In this document: piece after piece, positions 1 to 8,936 of the stretch
Layout of the letters: each line of letters begins with the position of its first letter
Position numbering within the stretch: the first letter of the stretch is position 1
From: Eggerthellaceae bacterium
GTDB lineage: Bacteria; Actinomycetota; Coriobacteriia; Coriobacteriales; Eggerthellaceae
Reading direction: 5' to 3'
Length of the DNA: 42,767 nucleotides
Assembly (NCBI GenBank): GCA_017460365.1
Contig: JAFUBE010000786.1
Location: 1-42,767 of the forward strand
The notes under the pieces: generated by a model
What the model was told of the DNA's origin: nothing
The model's database searches: none
The model's input: only the letters and a program-made list of their open reading frames with translations
Translations under genes and position numbers: made by a program

Positions 1-399
1 CGCCTTGACGGTCCTGATGGTGGCGTCCTCGACGTACTTCTTCCCGCACAGCTCGAGAAGGTAGACCTTGATACCCGTGTCGGTCTCCTCCCACTTGCCG
101 TTGAGGTAGAGATAGTGGAGGGTGTCGCCGAACTTCTCGCGAATATCATTCGCAATAGCTGGGATGGACACCGTTCGGGTGTCCTTGACGAGGCGACCGT
201 CACCGCGAAGAAGGATAAACTTGGTGAGGTCGTCGTTTGTCCGGACGATGACCCTCGTTCCGAAGAACCGGGTGGCCTCCTTCTGCAAGTCGCGGGAGAA
301 GTTGAGCGTGCAGTTCTTTCCGCTGATCCAGATGTACGTCTTGTTGGTGCGCCCACGGTTGCTGGCGCCAACCTCGTTGAAGTCGTCAAGCTTAATCAT
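1..399 (-). CDS. hypothetical protein (3' end runs off the window)
   Basis: Absent from the ORF track because it is open-ended. ATG at 399-397 is preceded by GGAGAAAGCGAA. Translates MIKLDDFNEVGASNRGRTNKTYIWISGK... with no stop down to position 1. Confidence 0.6.
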   Translation of the reverse strand, partial: MIKLDDFNEVGASNRGRTNKTYIWISGKNCTLNFSRDLQKEATRFFGTRVIVRTNDDLTKFILLRGDGRLVKDTRTVSIPAIANDIREKFGDTLHYLYLNGKWEETDTGIKVYLLELCGKKYVEDATIRTVKA

Positions 400-440
400 T
401 TCGCTTTCTCCTATTTGGAATCGTCAGAGCATCGAATATC

Positions 441-490
441 ACAAGACAAAGAGCAAGAGCCCTCGTTGCTTTCAGCGAGAACTCTTGCTC
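441..490 (-). terminator. intrinsic terminator after 506..769
   Basis: Minus strand GAGCAAGAG(TTCTCG)...(CGAGGG)CTCTTGCTC stem followed by TTTGTCTTGTG. Confidence 0.6.
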
Positions 491-505
491 ATGGTAGGTA
501 GTTGG

Positions 506-769
506 CTACGCCTCGGTGTCGGCGTTGTCCTTGCCCTTCGCCAGAAGGTTCAGCATCTCGTTGACAGACTCGTCGAGCTTCTTCTTGGCGGCGTCCACCC
601 GGATCGCGTCGCGGACCATAAGAGCCACGTAGACACCACACGCCACGATACCGGCGGCCGTGATGGTCCTAGTCATGCTCTTGTAGTCCTTGATGGACTC
701 CTCGGCGACTCGCTTCGCCTCCTCCTCAGTGAGCTGAACGATGTGCTGAGTCTGGTTGATGGTGATCAT
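506..769 (-). CDS. small single-pass membrane protein (MITIN paralog 1)
   Basis: 87 aa. AAAGGAGAAAGCA precedes the ATG. Hydrophobic core ITAAGIVACGVYVALMV. Has its own promoter and terminator. Confidence 0.7.
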   Translation of the reverse strand: MITINQTQHIVQLTEEEAKRVAEESIKDYKSMTRTITAAGIVACGVYVALMVRDAIRVDAAKKKLDESVNEMLNLLAKGKDNADTEA

Positions 770-795
770 TGCTTTCTCCTTTCTTAGTCACCTAC

Positions 796-824
796 CTCAT
801 AAGATGACCTGCAGTTTTTGCGAA
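796..824 (-). promoter_or_regulatory. promoter repeat copy 1: TTCGCA-N17-TATGAG(GTAGG)
   Basis: Minus strand TTCGCAAAAACTGCAGGTCATCTTATGAGGTAGG, 26 nt upstream of the ATG at 769. One of 8 copies with identical 17-nt spacing. Confidence 0.55.
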
Positions 825-869
825 CAAAGGGCAAGAGCCCCTGCCGAATATCACAGGAGCTCTTAGCCC
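823..869 (-). terminator. intrinsic terminator after 881..1108
   Basis: Minus strand GGGCTAAGAGCTCC-loop-GGGGCTCTTGCCC followed by TTTGTT. The U-tract overlaps the -35 box of the next promoter. Confidence 0.55.
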
Positions 870-880
870 TTGGGGGTCGT

Positions 881-1108
881 CTACTCTTCTGCTGGAGCGT
901 CCTTGACGCTCTCTTCCTTCTCACTCTTCATCTTCTTCCGGGTGGCGATGATTTCCATCGTCGAGATGGCGATGGCCGCGCCAAGGGAAACGACTGCGCT
1001 CGCGGCTTCAATCGCGAACAGAATCTTTCCCTGGCGGGCCGCGTCCTCGGCGAGCTTCTCAGCAGCCTCACCGGCAACCTGAAGGGTGTTGTTGTTGATA
1101 GTAATCAT
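881..1108 (-). CDS. small single-pass membrane protein (MITIN paralog 2)
   Basis: 75 aa. AAAGGAGGAACCA precedes the ATG. Shares the MITIN N-terminus with 506..769. Hydrophobic AIEAASAVVSLGAAIAI. Confidence 0.7.
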   Translation of the reverse strand: MITINNNTLQVAGEAAEKLAEDAARQGKILFAIEAASAVVSLGAAIAISTMEIIATRKKMKSEKEESVKDAPAEE

Positions 1109-1137
1109 TGGTTCCTCCTTTGAACGAGTTTCCTACC

Positions 1138-1166
1138 TCCATAAGAGGGGCTGCAGTTTTTGCGAA
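1138..1166 (-). promoter_or_regulatory. promoter repeat copy 2: TTCGCA-N17-TATGGA(GGTAGG)
   Basis: Minus strand GGATATTCGCAAAAACTGCAGCCCCTCTTATGGAGGTAGG, upstream of the ATG at 1108. Confidence 0.55.
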
Positions 1167-1174
1167 TATCCACG

Positions 1175-1495
1175 TCAAAGGGTGAAACCGACGCGCTTGC
1201 GCAGTACGTCAATGACCTCTTGGCCGTCGATCTCTTTGCTACACAGCGTTTGAAAATATCCACCTCGGAAGAATCGCTCGAGCTCGAGCCTCCTGCCGGT
1301 GGCGTAGTTGAGCTCTCTCGTTACGCTTTCACCGCCGCTGCATGCACGCTTCCTGAGCCTCATTATCTTGAGAAGCGTCGTGACGTAATCGTTCGTAGCC
1401 TTCTCAATGACTCGAGCCGCAAGTTCCTTGTACTGGCCGATAAGCCCATCGTCGCTCATGTTGCTCGTGCCGCGGTATCTTCCCCTGGAATCCAT
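1175..1495 (-). CDS. hypothetical protein
   Basis: 106 aa. AGGAG lies about 6 nt upstream of the ATG at 1495. Helical-looking; no motif recognised. Confidence 0.6.
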   Translation of the reverse strand: MDSRGRYRGTSNMSDDGLIGQYKELAARVIEKATNDYVTTLLKIMRLRKRACSGGESVTRELNYATGRRLELERFFRGGYFQTLCSKEIDGQEVIDVLRKRVGFTL

Positions 1496-1510
1496 CGTTC
1501 ATCTCCTAGT

Positions 1511-1549
1511 CAGAAAATATAAGGAGGGCCCGAATAACTCGAGCCCTCC
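1511..1549 (-). terminator. intrinsic terminator after 1576..2145
   Basis: Minus strand GGAGGGC-TCGAGTTATTCGG-GCCCTCC followed by TTATATTTTCTG. Confidence 0.65.
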
Positions 1550-1575
1550 ACCAACGCATCGCGTGCGAGGATGCC

Positions 1576-2145
1576 CTAGAAGGGGACCTCCTCATTGTCC
1601 CAAGCCTCCTGCTCGTCTTCCCACTCCCGGGCGAACGGGCTCTGACGCATGTAGAACCAGCCTTCGGCGAGATATGCCGTGATGGTCGGGTCGCCGGTCT
1701 CGGGGTCGGTCCTGACCCACGGGTGAATGACGAGGTTGACCTTGTCGAATGTGCGACCGTCAAGTGTGTCGGCAATATCCTCGGTGATCTGGGTACGCTT
1801 CCTGCCAGTCACGAGCCACATCTCGGGCGGGCGAACGTCAAAGCGAACCTTGACGGGGATGAAGCAGCTGGACGGGCCGTCCTGCTCGTCGCTGTTCCTG
1901 TGAATCTTCACCTTCCAGCCGTCGTTGATCATCGCTTCGCTGAGCGGAATATCATTGCCCTGATCGTCGGTAGCCATGGTATTGGGGATGTTGACACAGA
2001 ACGTCCTGTTGCCTGCGCCGTTCACGACGCGTCCGTTGTAGGACTTCTCGAGACCTGCGAAGTTGGTGGAGAAGATTCGCGCGTCCTCGATCACGAGGTC
2101 GTCGACGTACTTGCGGGCGGGGCGGGTGTTGATAGCGTTAGCCAT
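1576..2145 (-). CDS. putative ssDNA-binding protein (T7 gp2.5-like / DUF2815-like) with acidic C-terminal tail
   Basis: 189 aa. GAGAGGA RBS. Sits directly downstream of the polymerase gene. Tail is REWEDEQEAWDNEEVPF. Overall layout resembles phage gp2.5-type SSBs; this is from memory, not aligned. Confidence 0.4.
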   Translation of the reverse strand: MANAINTRPARKYVDDLVIEDARIFSTNFAGLEKSYNGRVVNGAGNRTFCVNIPNTMATDDQGNDIPLSEAMINDGWKVKIHRNSDEQDGPSSCFIPVKVRFDVRPPEMWLVTGRKRTQITEDIADTLDGRTFDKVNLVIHPWVRTDPETGDPTITAYLAEGWFYMRQSPFAREWEDEQEAWDNEEVPF

Positions 2146-2160
2146 TTCGTTCAGTCCTCT

Positions 2161-5100
2161 CTAGAATGGAAGATCGTCGTCTTCGTCTATAGTCACAAAT
2201 GCCTCGAAGTCTCCGTACTCTTCGATGGCTGTCTTGGCCTCGTTGACCAGGACGTCAAAATATCCACGGTTGACCGTGTCCTCCTTATGAAGCTGCCGGA
2301 CTATCTCACTCTCCTTCCAGCGATATCCCTTGGCGCCGGTTGCCGTGTAGTACTTGCCGTCCTTGCCTCGGTAGAGGTTTCCTCCACCGCTACCAGGAAG
2401 GACTGGCACGAACTCACCGACTCGTCCGATGAAGACGTACTTGTGTCCCTCGGCGACCTTGGCCTCGAGCTTCTCTCGCTCGCCGAAATATCCGTGGGCC
2501 TCGTCGTACATCTTCCGCTTGCGGCCAGTGAGCTTCTCCTGGTCCTTGTCCCAGATATCAAGCATCTGCTCGTAGACGGACACGTCGGGAAGCTCCTCGT
2601 CGAAGTCGAGATACAGGGCGTCCTTCGTCGACTGCGTCACGCACAGGTCGCTGAATATAATCGGCTCCTTGGAGAAGAGCGTCTTGAACACGTAGGGCAC
2701 TTGGAACTGCTTGCCCGTTGCCGTCCATTCGCCGGCATGCGTCGCGCTGAGCGGAGACCCGTGCGCGATGTACACGGCGTCGTTGACGAGGCATAACTTG
2801 TCGTACGTCGCCTCGTGCTCGAACGAATATCCGTACTTCTTGGCGAACTCCATGCAGAACGAGATGATGTCGCCCGTGGCGTCGGGAATCTTGATGGAGT
2901 CCGTCTTGATGTGGGCGACCGTGAAGCCGCGCTTGACGACCTCGTCTTGAAGCGTCTTCATAAACAAAGCGCCCCGAAGGGCGATGATGTTGTTGACGTT
3001 CCTCGGGTCCTTGAACGGATTGTCATACGACCCGTATGTTTGACCGTATACTGCATTGATGGCAATCTTTAGCGCTCCCGACAGTGCCTTCGCCTGCTTC
3101 TCGTCCGTGAGGTACTTGGCGAGCTTGCCGTCGAACAGGCCACGGGCGGAGTCGTAGTCGCCGTGCTTGATGAGGATTCGCGCGTCGAGAATATCCTTGT
3201 ACCGCTGCGTGTACTCACCGAAGTAGTTCATGTTGATGGCCGAGTTCGGGTGCATACTGGCGATATCAAGGAGCGCTACGTTGTGGTAGATGCCGGGCTC
3301 CGCGTATACGTACCCGCCGAAACCAAGGTCCGCCCCACGGTACATGTTGTGCATCTTGTGGTCGTCGCCGAGCTTGAACTCGTAGCCCGGGAACTCCTTG
3401 GAGAGGTCAGTGTACTCGAGCTTCGGGTGCCTCTCGTTGCCAAATATGATGCGCGTGGTGAGGCTGTTCGTCGTGTCGTTTACAGTGCCTCCGGCCAAGT
3501 CGGCCAGAATCTCCCTCGCGACGAAGTCCGCCTGGCGGGCATTGAAGACAGCCTCAGTGGCCGCCACATCGTTCTTGCAGTACTCGACAACGAGCTTCTT
3601 CTGCTCCTCCGTGATGGGTTTGTCCCAAGGAATTCCCATCTCCATGTGGTGAATGCCAAGCTCGATCTCCCACTTCTTCAGGCTCTGCTTCTTCGAGCAG
3701 AAGTCGTAAATATCCGTGTAGCTAATGTTGCGAGCCTCGTTGAAGCCCTTGCTGTTGTTGGCGATGATGTCTTGTGACAGCCTGTATAGCTGCTCGTTCG
3801 TATAGCCCATGATGCGGCCCCACAGAATATGGTTGTCATACCTGCGGTTGTTGAAGCCCACGAGCTTGAACCTCGTGATGCTCTCAACCCTCTCTGGCGA
3901 CGGATCGACCATCTCCAAATATCCGCCGTCCTCGCCGGGCTGCTTCAGGACAATGCAGAAGAAGTTCGGATACACCTCGCAGTCGAAGAACATGATTGTG
4001 TCGTCGGCTTCGAACGAAATATCTTCCGTCGCATCTTCTGACTTGAACTTCATCTGCCTGAACTGCTCGAGACAGTATTTGGCGTTGTTTGTGGAGTTGA
4101 GTGCGAAGACGTATACCGCGTCTGCCATGTCGCTGACATCATAGTGAAGGCCGCTGTCATAGGCCTCGTCAAGCAGCTTCTTGATGAAGTCGACGCTCGG
4201 CTTGGTTGCCGGGTGGTACTCCTTCGCCAAGTTCTTCCTGATGAGGGTTCTCAGGCCCTTCTCACTTTGAATCGTCTGCCCCTCTACCATCTTTACCCCC
4301 TTTCTCTCAACAGTCGGAAGCCCAGAGCCGATGTGCGAGATCGGTAGAGAGTTCGTCATGGCAGATATCCGCCTGAGCGAGCTCTTCCCGGAGAAGACCT
4401 TGATCTCGATTCCATCTGCGTAGCTTCTTGCTAGCTCGTCTACGTTTCCGTCAAATATGTAGTGAAGATGCAGCCCGTTTCCGGACTTGCTGACCTCGGC
4501 ATACGTCGGAGGCCATGACTCTGCGGCGGCCAGGTTCTTGGCAAGGTTCTTCTCTCCGTCGTCGCCCCTCAGGTCGAAGTCGATGACGATGTGCTCGTCG
4601 GGAAGAAGCACGTAATGGAGCCTCTTCGTGTCGATATCACGCAGCGTCGTCGTGGACTTGTCCCACGGGAGGCTCGGCACGCCATGGTCGTTCGCGTACT
4701 GGGCCTTGCAGTCCGCGCAGGCCTCGTCAAATATCCGCCCGTCGCCGTCGAGCACAATCCACGGCGCCTTAGCCGTCTGCTCTTCGGCGCTCTCCTCCTC
4801 GTTGACCGGAGGAGCGAATATCCGGTAGAGGTTCCTGACCCTTGTTCCGTCGGCAGTGACGCCTCTCGGTAGGAACTCCTTGAAGTAGTTCTTGAGTTCC
4901 TCCTTGAAGACGCGTTTCGGGTACGGGTAGGCGACCTTAGCTTCGTCGCAGTACACTTGGTAGAGCTTCCATGCGCTCGACAGCGTCGTCTCGCTTCCCT
5001 CGTCGAAAATATCCCACGAATCGAGGACGAAGTTGTAGAAGTCGTTCGTCCCCTCAAGCATCCTCAGCGGAATATAATTGTCGTAGTAGAGCGGGTCTTC

Positions 5101-6084
5101 GAGGTACACGTCGCGGCAATGGCTTGCGATTCCGCCAAGCTCGAACTTCACTTTCGCCATGTCCCTCGAATATCTTTCGAAAGGGAGCTTTTCACCGCTT
5201 GGCGAAACGTCGATAATTCGCCTGATGAGGCCTGACTTGGCATCCGTGATTCTGACCGGCTTGTTGGTACCCATGAACAGGAAGCTCCTGAAGCGCTGCG
5301 TATACACGGAACGGAACTTCTCGTTGACAGCCATCTCCTCATGGGATACGAGGCTGTTGATGCGCGTGTTCGTCTCGATGCGGGCTAGATTGCCGTCGTG
5401 CTGGATGGCTATGAGCGGATTCGACTTGAACGCCTCGAGAGCGAACGAGTTCGACGTCGAGCCAAGCGCCTCGCTGTCGAACGTCGCGTAATATCCATCG
5501 AACAGCTGCTGGATGATGTTGAGGACCGTGGACTTACCTGTTCCCGCGGCGCCGTACAGAACGAGGAACTTCTGAATCTTGACACTGTCACCGGTGACTA
5601 TCGCGCCTATGGCCCACTCGATCTTCCTTCGCTCCTCGTCAGAGTACAGAGTCGACATGAGCTCGTCGTATGCCGGGGTGGCGCATTCCACCAATGGGTA
5701 GCTAAGCCGCTTGGACGCGTAGCTCTCCTTCGTAATCTCCGTGTCGGAGAATATCACGCGGTCGTCAAGCGAATGGAACGAGTCGCGGAGCTGCCTCTGG
5801 CAATACTTGTGCCACCGGTCGATTACGCCGCTCTCCGCGTCCTGCATGAGGAGCTTCTTGGCGTCGCCATAGCCGTTCTCGTCGGCCCACTGCAGAATAT
5901 CCCTATCGATGAGAGCTACCGCGTCGTACTCATCTGTAGACCAGAGACCGCGGTCTTCGTTCCAAATGGCGTAGAAGTCTCCGCCACGTATCATGAGGTC
6001 CGTAGTCTTCTTAACCATGAACCGTGGATACACTTCGATGCCGGCCTTCGTATCTTTGACTCCGACACGCATAAAGTCCAGCAT
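2161..6084 (-). CDS. SF3 (P4/D5-type) helicase - AEP primase - family B DNA polymerase fusion protein
   Basis: 1307 aa. GAGAGGAGG RBS.
- Helicase, aa ~177-275: Walker A LVLYGAAGTGKST, Walker B IAIQHDG, FMGTNKP.
- AEP primase, aa ~499-542: VIDFDL and SGNGLHLHY.
- PolB, aa ~697-1307: Exo I FFDCEVY, Exo II NNRRYDNHIL, Exo III YCKNDV, motif A LDIASMHPNS, motif B KIAINAVYGQTYG, motif C IKTDSI. Confidence 0.8.
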   Translation of the reverse strand: MLDFMRVGVKDTKAGIEVYPRFMVKKTTDLMIRGGDFYAIWNEDRGLWSTDEYDAVALIDRDILQWADENGYGDAKKLLMQDAESGVIDRWHKYCQRQLRDSFHSLDDRVIFSDTEITKESYASKRLSYPLVECATPAYDELMSTLYSDEERRKIEWAIGAIVTGDSVKIQKFLVLYGAAGTGKSTVLNIIQQLFDGYYATFDSEALGSTSNSFALEAFKSNPLIAIQHDGNLARIETNTRINSLVSHEEMAVNEKFRSVYTQRFRSFLFMGTNKPVRITDAKSGLIRRIIDVSPSGEKLPFERYSRDMAKVKFELGGIASHCRDVYLEDPLYYDNYIPLRMLEGTNDFYNFVLDSWDIFDEGSETTLSSAWKLYQVYCDEAKVAYPYPKRVFKEELKNYFKEFLPRGVTADGTRVRNLYRIFAPPVNEEESAEEQTAKAPWIVLDGDGRIFDEACADCKAQYANDHGVPSLPWDKSTTTLRDIDTKRLHYVLLPDEHIVIDFDLRGDDGEKNLAKNLAAAESWPPTYAEVSKSGNGLHLHYIFDGNVDELARSYADGIEIKVFSGKSSLRRISAMTNSLPISHIGSGLPTVERKGVKMVEGQTIQSEKGLRTLIRKNLAKEYHPATKPSVDFIKKLLDEAYDSGLHYDVSDMADAVYVFALNSTNNAKYCLEQFRQMKFKSEDATEDISFEADDTIMFFDCEVYPNFFCIVLKQPGEDGGYLEMVDPSPERVESITRFKLVGFNNRRYDNHILWGRIMGYTNEQLYRLSQDIIANNSKGFNEARNISYTDIYDFCSKKQSLKKWEIELGIHHMEMGIPWDKPITEEQKKLVVEYCKNDVAATEAVFNARQADFVAREILADLAGGTVNDTTNSLTTRIIFGNERHPKLEYTDLSKEFPGYEFKLGDDHKMHNMYRGADLGFGGYVYAEPGIYHNVALLDIASMHPNSAINMNYFGEYTQRYKDILDARILIKHGDYDSARGLFDGKLAKYLTDEKQAKALSGALKIAINAVYGQTYGSYDNPFKDPRNVNNIIALRGALFMKTLQDEVVKRGFTVAHIKTDSIKIPDATGDIISFCMEFAKKYGYSFEHEATYDKLCLVNDAVYIAHGSPLSATHAGEWTATGKQFQVPYVFKTLFSKEPIIFSDLCVTQSTKDALYLDFDEELPDVSVYEQMLDIWDKDQEKLTGRKRKMYDEAHGYFGEREKLEAKVAEGHKYVFIGRVGEFVPVLPGSGGGNLYRGKDGKYYTATGAKGYRWKESEIVRQLHKEDTVNRGYFDVLVNEAKTAIEEYGDFEAFVTIDEDDDLPF

Positions 6085-6105
6085 CTATCGCCTCCTCTCA
6101 TGTGG

Positions 6106-6639
6106 TCATTCGAGTACTCCTTCGTCGCGGAGAACTTCGTTTAGGTACGTGGCGGCCTGACGCCAAATATCACGCTTGCGCATATCGATGTCCGGGTTCG
6201 CTGTCGTGAACAATCCTCCGTTGCCGTCTGGAGAATATCCGCCAGACAGAAAACGCCTGACTATGCTCGTCACGGCGTTCTTGTCATAGCGCTTGTTAGT
6301 CATGAACGTCAGACCTAGTGAGTCGACCATTTCCCAAAACCAATAGGCCGTCCTGTCCCAGTCGGCCGTTCCGCCCATGGTGTCCCGTTCAATCCTCTCG
6401 GCAAGACTCACCATCATCTCGAACATCCCAACGGGGCGGTCGATGTCCACACCAGTGACCTGCCTGCGGAATATCAGTGCGTCCTTGAGGCGGTTCTCGT
6501 CGAACCTGACTTTCGGAACGAACTCCGTGTTGTGCAGTTGCCAGAGAAGGAGCGTGTAGTCCCTAGGACTCGGGGTATGCTGGCTCACGACCATCTGGCA
6601 GAGCTGGTCAAAGTAGATGGCCCAATTATCAATACCCAT
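6106..6639 (-). CDS. hypothetical protein
   Basis: 177 aa. GGGAGGTGACGA precedes the ATG. Trp-rich and globular-looking. Confidence 0.6.
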   Translation of the reverse strand: MGIDNWAIYFDQLCQMVVSQHTPSPRDYTLLLWQLHNTEFVPKVRFDENRLKDALIFRRQVTGVDIDRPVGMFEMMVSLAERIERDTMGGTADWDRTAYWFWEMVDSLGLTFMTNKRYDKNAVTSIVRRFLSGGYSPDGNGGLFTTANPDIDMRKRDIWRQAATYLNEVLRDEGVLE

Positions 6640-6642
6640 TCG

Positions 6643-7233
6643 TCACCTCCCTGTCACCTCCTTGTACGGAAGGTCGTCATAAAGCACCTCATACTGTGTG
6701 AATGTGTTGTCGTTCTCAACGTAGAGCGGCTCGTCACTCGTCTCGAACCTCTCGCTTAGGTAGTCGGCAAGGCCGTACGGACCCATGGTTGACAAGGCGG
6801 TCGGCTCGTCGACAATATCATCCGTGACACTGTCGGCAAGGATTCCGTCGGCATAGAACGTTCGCGACTCGTGGTCGTAATATCCGTTGTATCCGCCCTC
6901 GAGATACTCGTCTTCCGTTATTAGGTGTATGCTTCCGTCTTTCTCTGGTGTCTCGATCTCGCCATGTCTGTCATGCTGACAGACGTCGGAATAGTTGAAA
7001 TATCCGAGACTTTCGACGAGGTTGTTGTATGTGGTCCACTGTCGTGGCTCGTCGAATTCAATCCTCATCTGTCCATCGTCCTCGACAATGGTCGGACACT
7101 CTGGAATATCCGTGCCTTCATCGGCGCCCTGCTCCGGCCTACCCTTCCTCAGAAGGAAGAGAAGGGCCGCAACGGCGATTCCCGTCACGGCCCCAGCGGA
7201 GAATATCAGGACGTCGCGCTCTTGCGGACTCAC
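6643..7233 (-). CDS. membrane-anchored acidic protein
   Basis: 196 aa. GTG start 8 nt after the upstream stop. N-terminal TM segment LIFSAGAVTGIAVAALLFLL followed by a D/E/Y-rich domain. Confidence 0.55.
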   Translation of the reverse strand: MSPQERDVLIFSAGAVTGIAVAALLFLLRKGRPEQGADEGTDIPECPTIVEDDGQMRIEFDEPRQWTTYNNLVESLGYFNYSDVCQHDRHGEIETPEKDGSIHLITEDEYLEGGYNGYYDHESRTFYADGILADSVTDDIVDEPTALSTMGPYGLADYLSERFETSDEPLYVENDNTFTQYEVLYDDLPYKEVTGR

Positions 7234-7241
7234 CTCGAGTC

Positions 7242-8177
7242 CTAGCGAGGAAGAACGTTGAGGATCTTGCCGTCAACGTTGAAGTCGAGGAGGACGTACG
7301 GCGTGCGCTCGTTGATGAAATCCCTGACACCCGGCCTGTCCACTCGGTCAAGTCCGAAGCTTACGCGGTTGTCGCCATATGGGTTGTTGCCGCTGCGGGA
7401 ATATGTCCACCCGACGACCTGCCCAGCCTCGGAACGCTCGAACCCGATCATGTCGTAAACGTCGTTCAGGAACAAATATCCCTGACGCTGAAGTCGAACA
7501 TTGGCCAGATGCTCAAGCTCAACGAGCCAGGTGTGATTGTGCTCGGGCATGTCCGTCCAGCGTGAAACTGTCTCATCGTAATATCTTGCATACGGCGAGT
7601 AGTAGTTCGGGTCGTTCCAGTCTCGCTTGGACACGGCCTTGTATTCGGTAATCTCTGAGCCGGTGTCTGGATCGATGCTCTTCTCCTCGACGACCTCGAT
7701 GCCGTGCGTGAGCTCCGCGTCGACGGCCTCTCCGTAGCGCTCGATGATTCGGTCGTGGAGCCCCTTGAGCTCTCCCGCGATGCCGGCGTAGGCAGCGGCG
7801 ATAGCGGCATTGTTCTCCTTCATCATGCCATGGCTCCCGATGAAGCAGCCGATAGAGACCGCCTCGAGGGCGATTGGTACGATATAAATGGAGCCGAGTT
7901 TGCCTGCGGTCTTGACCGTCTCCTCGATGACGTCCTTGCGGTACGTCTTGTCGTCATAGCTGACGGCGGAGTCCGGGTCCTTTGCGTCCTCATGAGCGCA
8001 GCGGATCTTCTCGATGTTCTCGCGGTACTTGTCGATGAACGGGATCGCCTTCCGAGATTGCCTGCAGAACCCGACGGCCGCAGCCACGCTCGCCGCGACA
8101 CCGGCGGCAACGAGAATGTCCGGGGTCGCCTGCTTGAGGTTGAACTTCAGCCGGTTGAATGCTGACTTGATTCCCAT
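7242..8177 (-). CDS. membrane protein, paralog family with shared C-terminal module (member 1)
   Basis: Start trimmed to ATG 8177 (MGIKSAFN...), with AAAGGA 8 nt upstream. The longer track ORF would overlap 8213..8869. Two hydrophobic segments, then ...FLNDVYDMIGFERSEAGQVVGW... Confidence 0.6.
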   Translation of the reverse strand: MGIKSAFNRLKFNLKQATPDILVAAGVAASVAAAVGFCRQSRKAIPFIDKYRENIEKIRCAHEDAKDPDSAVSYDDKTYRKDVIEETVKTAGKLGSIYIVPIALEAVSIGCFIGSHGMMKENNAAIAAAYAGIAGELKGLHDRIIERYGEAVDAELTHGIEVVEEKSIDPDTGSEITEYKAVSKRDWNDPNYYSPYARYYDETVSRWTDMPEHNHTWLVELEHLANVRLQRQGYLFLNDVYDMIGFERSEAGQVVGWTYSRSGNNPYGDNRVSFGLDRVDRPGVRDFINERTPYVLLDFNVDGKILNVLPR

Positions 8178-8212
8178 TCTTGTCATCCTTTCTCTGTGGT
8201 CGAATATCACGT

Positions 8213-8869
8213 CTATCGTCTCGAGTCGATTTGGACAGGTCGAGGCATAGCCAGTCGGTACCCGTCGAACGTCCTCTGTACGTAGGCCGTCTCGAGCGAT
8301 ATCCATCCGTAGTTGGAGTCCGTGGAGCGCGTCTGGATTCCGACAAGCTCGTTATAGTCGAGCATGGTGACGACTGAGTACTGCCGAATCATGTCTCTGA
8401 GGGTCCTCAGGTGCTGCTCGGCCTCCTCTCGGCTGCTGAATATCACTTCCTGGAAGTCAGCAGACCTGTATCTGTAGCCGTCATCGTCGTCAGAATATGA
8501 CCGGAACGTTGACGCATGCCTGTACGCCTTTTCGTACGACGTCCGTCCCGGCGCACTGTTTCTCTGAGACACGCCGCCCTTGAATATCAGGTCGCCTAGG
8601 CCCTGCCACCCGTTGTAGAGCATGTTCTGCATACCTGGAACAAGCAAGTCCCAGATGAAGTGATCCTTGATGCCACGTATTCCATCCGGAAACAGGGCCT
8701 TCATGACTGCCCCGAACGTCGACGGTGGCCTCGTGGTAACGACACCCTTGGGCTTTGCCGGCTTCTTTTCGGCCGCAGCCACGCTTGCATCATCAAGCGA
8801 CGTCCGTTCCCTGACGAGGCTGCTCTCCTTGGCCTTATAAGAGTTGCTTGGATACTCCTCCGAGGGCAT
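8213..8869 (-). CDS. hypothetical protein carrying the same C-terminal module (member 2)
   Basis: Start trimmed to ATG 8869 (AAGGAGGTTAAGC-ATG). C-terminus reads ...VTMLDYNELVGIQTRSTDSNYGW... Confidence 0.6.
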   Translation of the reverse strand: MPSEEYPSNSYKAKESSLVRERTSLDDASVAAAEKKPAKPKGVVTTRPPSTFGAVMKALFPDGIRGIKDHFIWDLLVPGMQNMLYNGWQGLGDLIFKGGVSQRNSAPGRTSYEKAYRHASTFRSYSDDDDGYRYRSADFQEVIFSSREEAEQHLRTLRDMIRQYSVVTMLDYNELVGIQTRSTDSNYGWISLETAYVQRTFDGYRLAMPRPVQIDSRR

Positions 8870-8891
8870 GCTTAACCTCCTTCGCAAATAT

Positions 8892-8929
8892 CAGAAAAGG
8901 GAAGAGCCCGTGTCAAACGGACTCATCCC
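8892..8929 (-). terminator. intrinsic terminator after 8937..9800
   Basis: Minus strand GGGATGAGTCCG-TTTGACA-CGGGCTCTTCCC followed by TTTTCTG. Shares the 11-mer CCGTGTCAAAC (+ strand) with the terminator at 12585..12629. Confidence 0.6.
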
Positions 8930-8936
8930 AAGTGAC

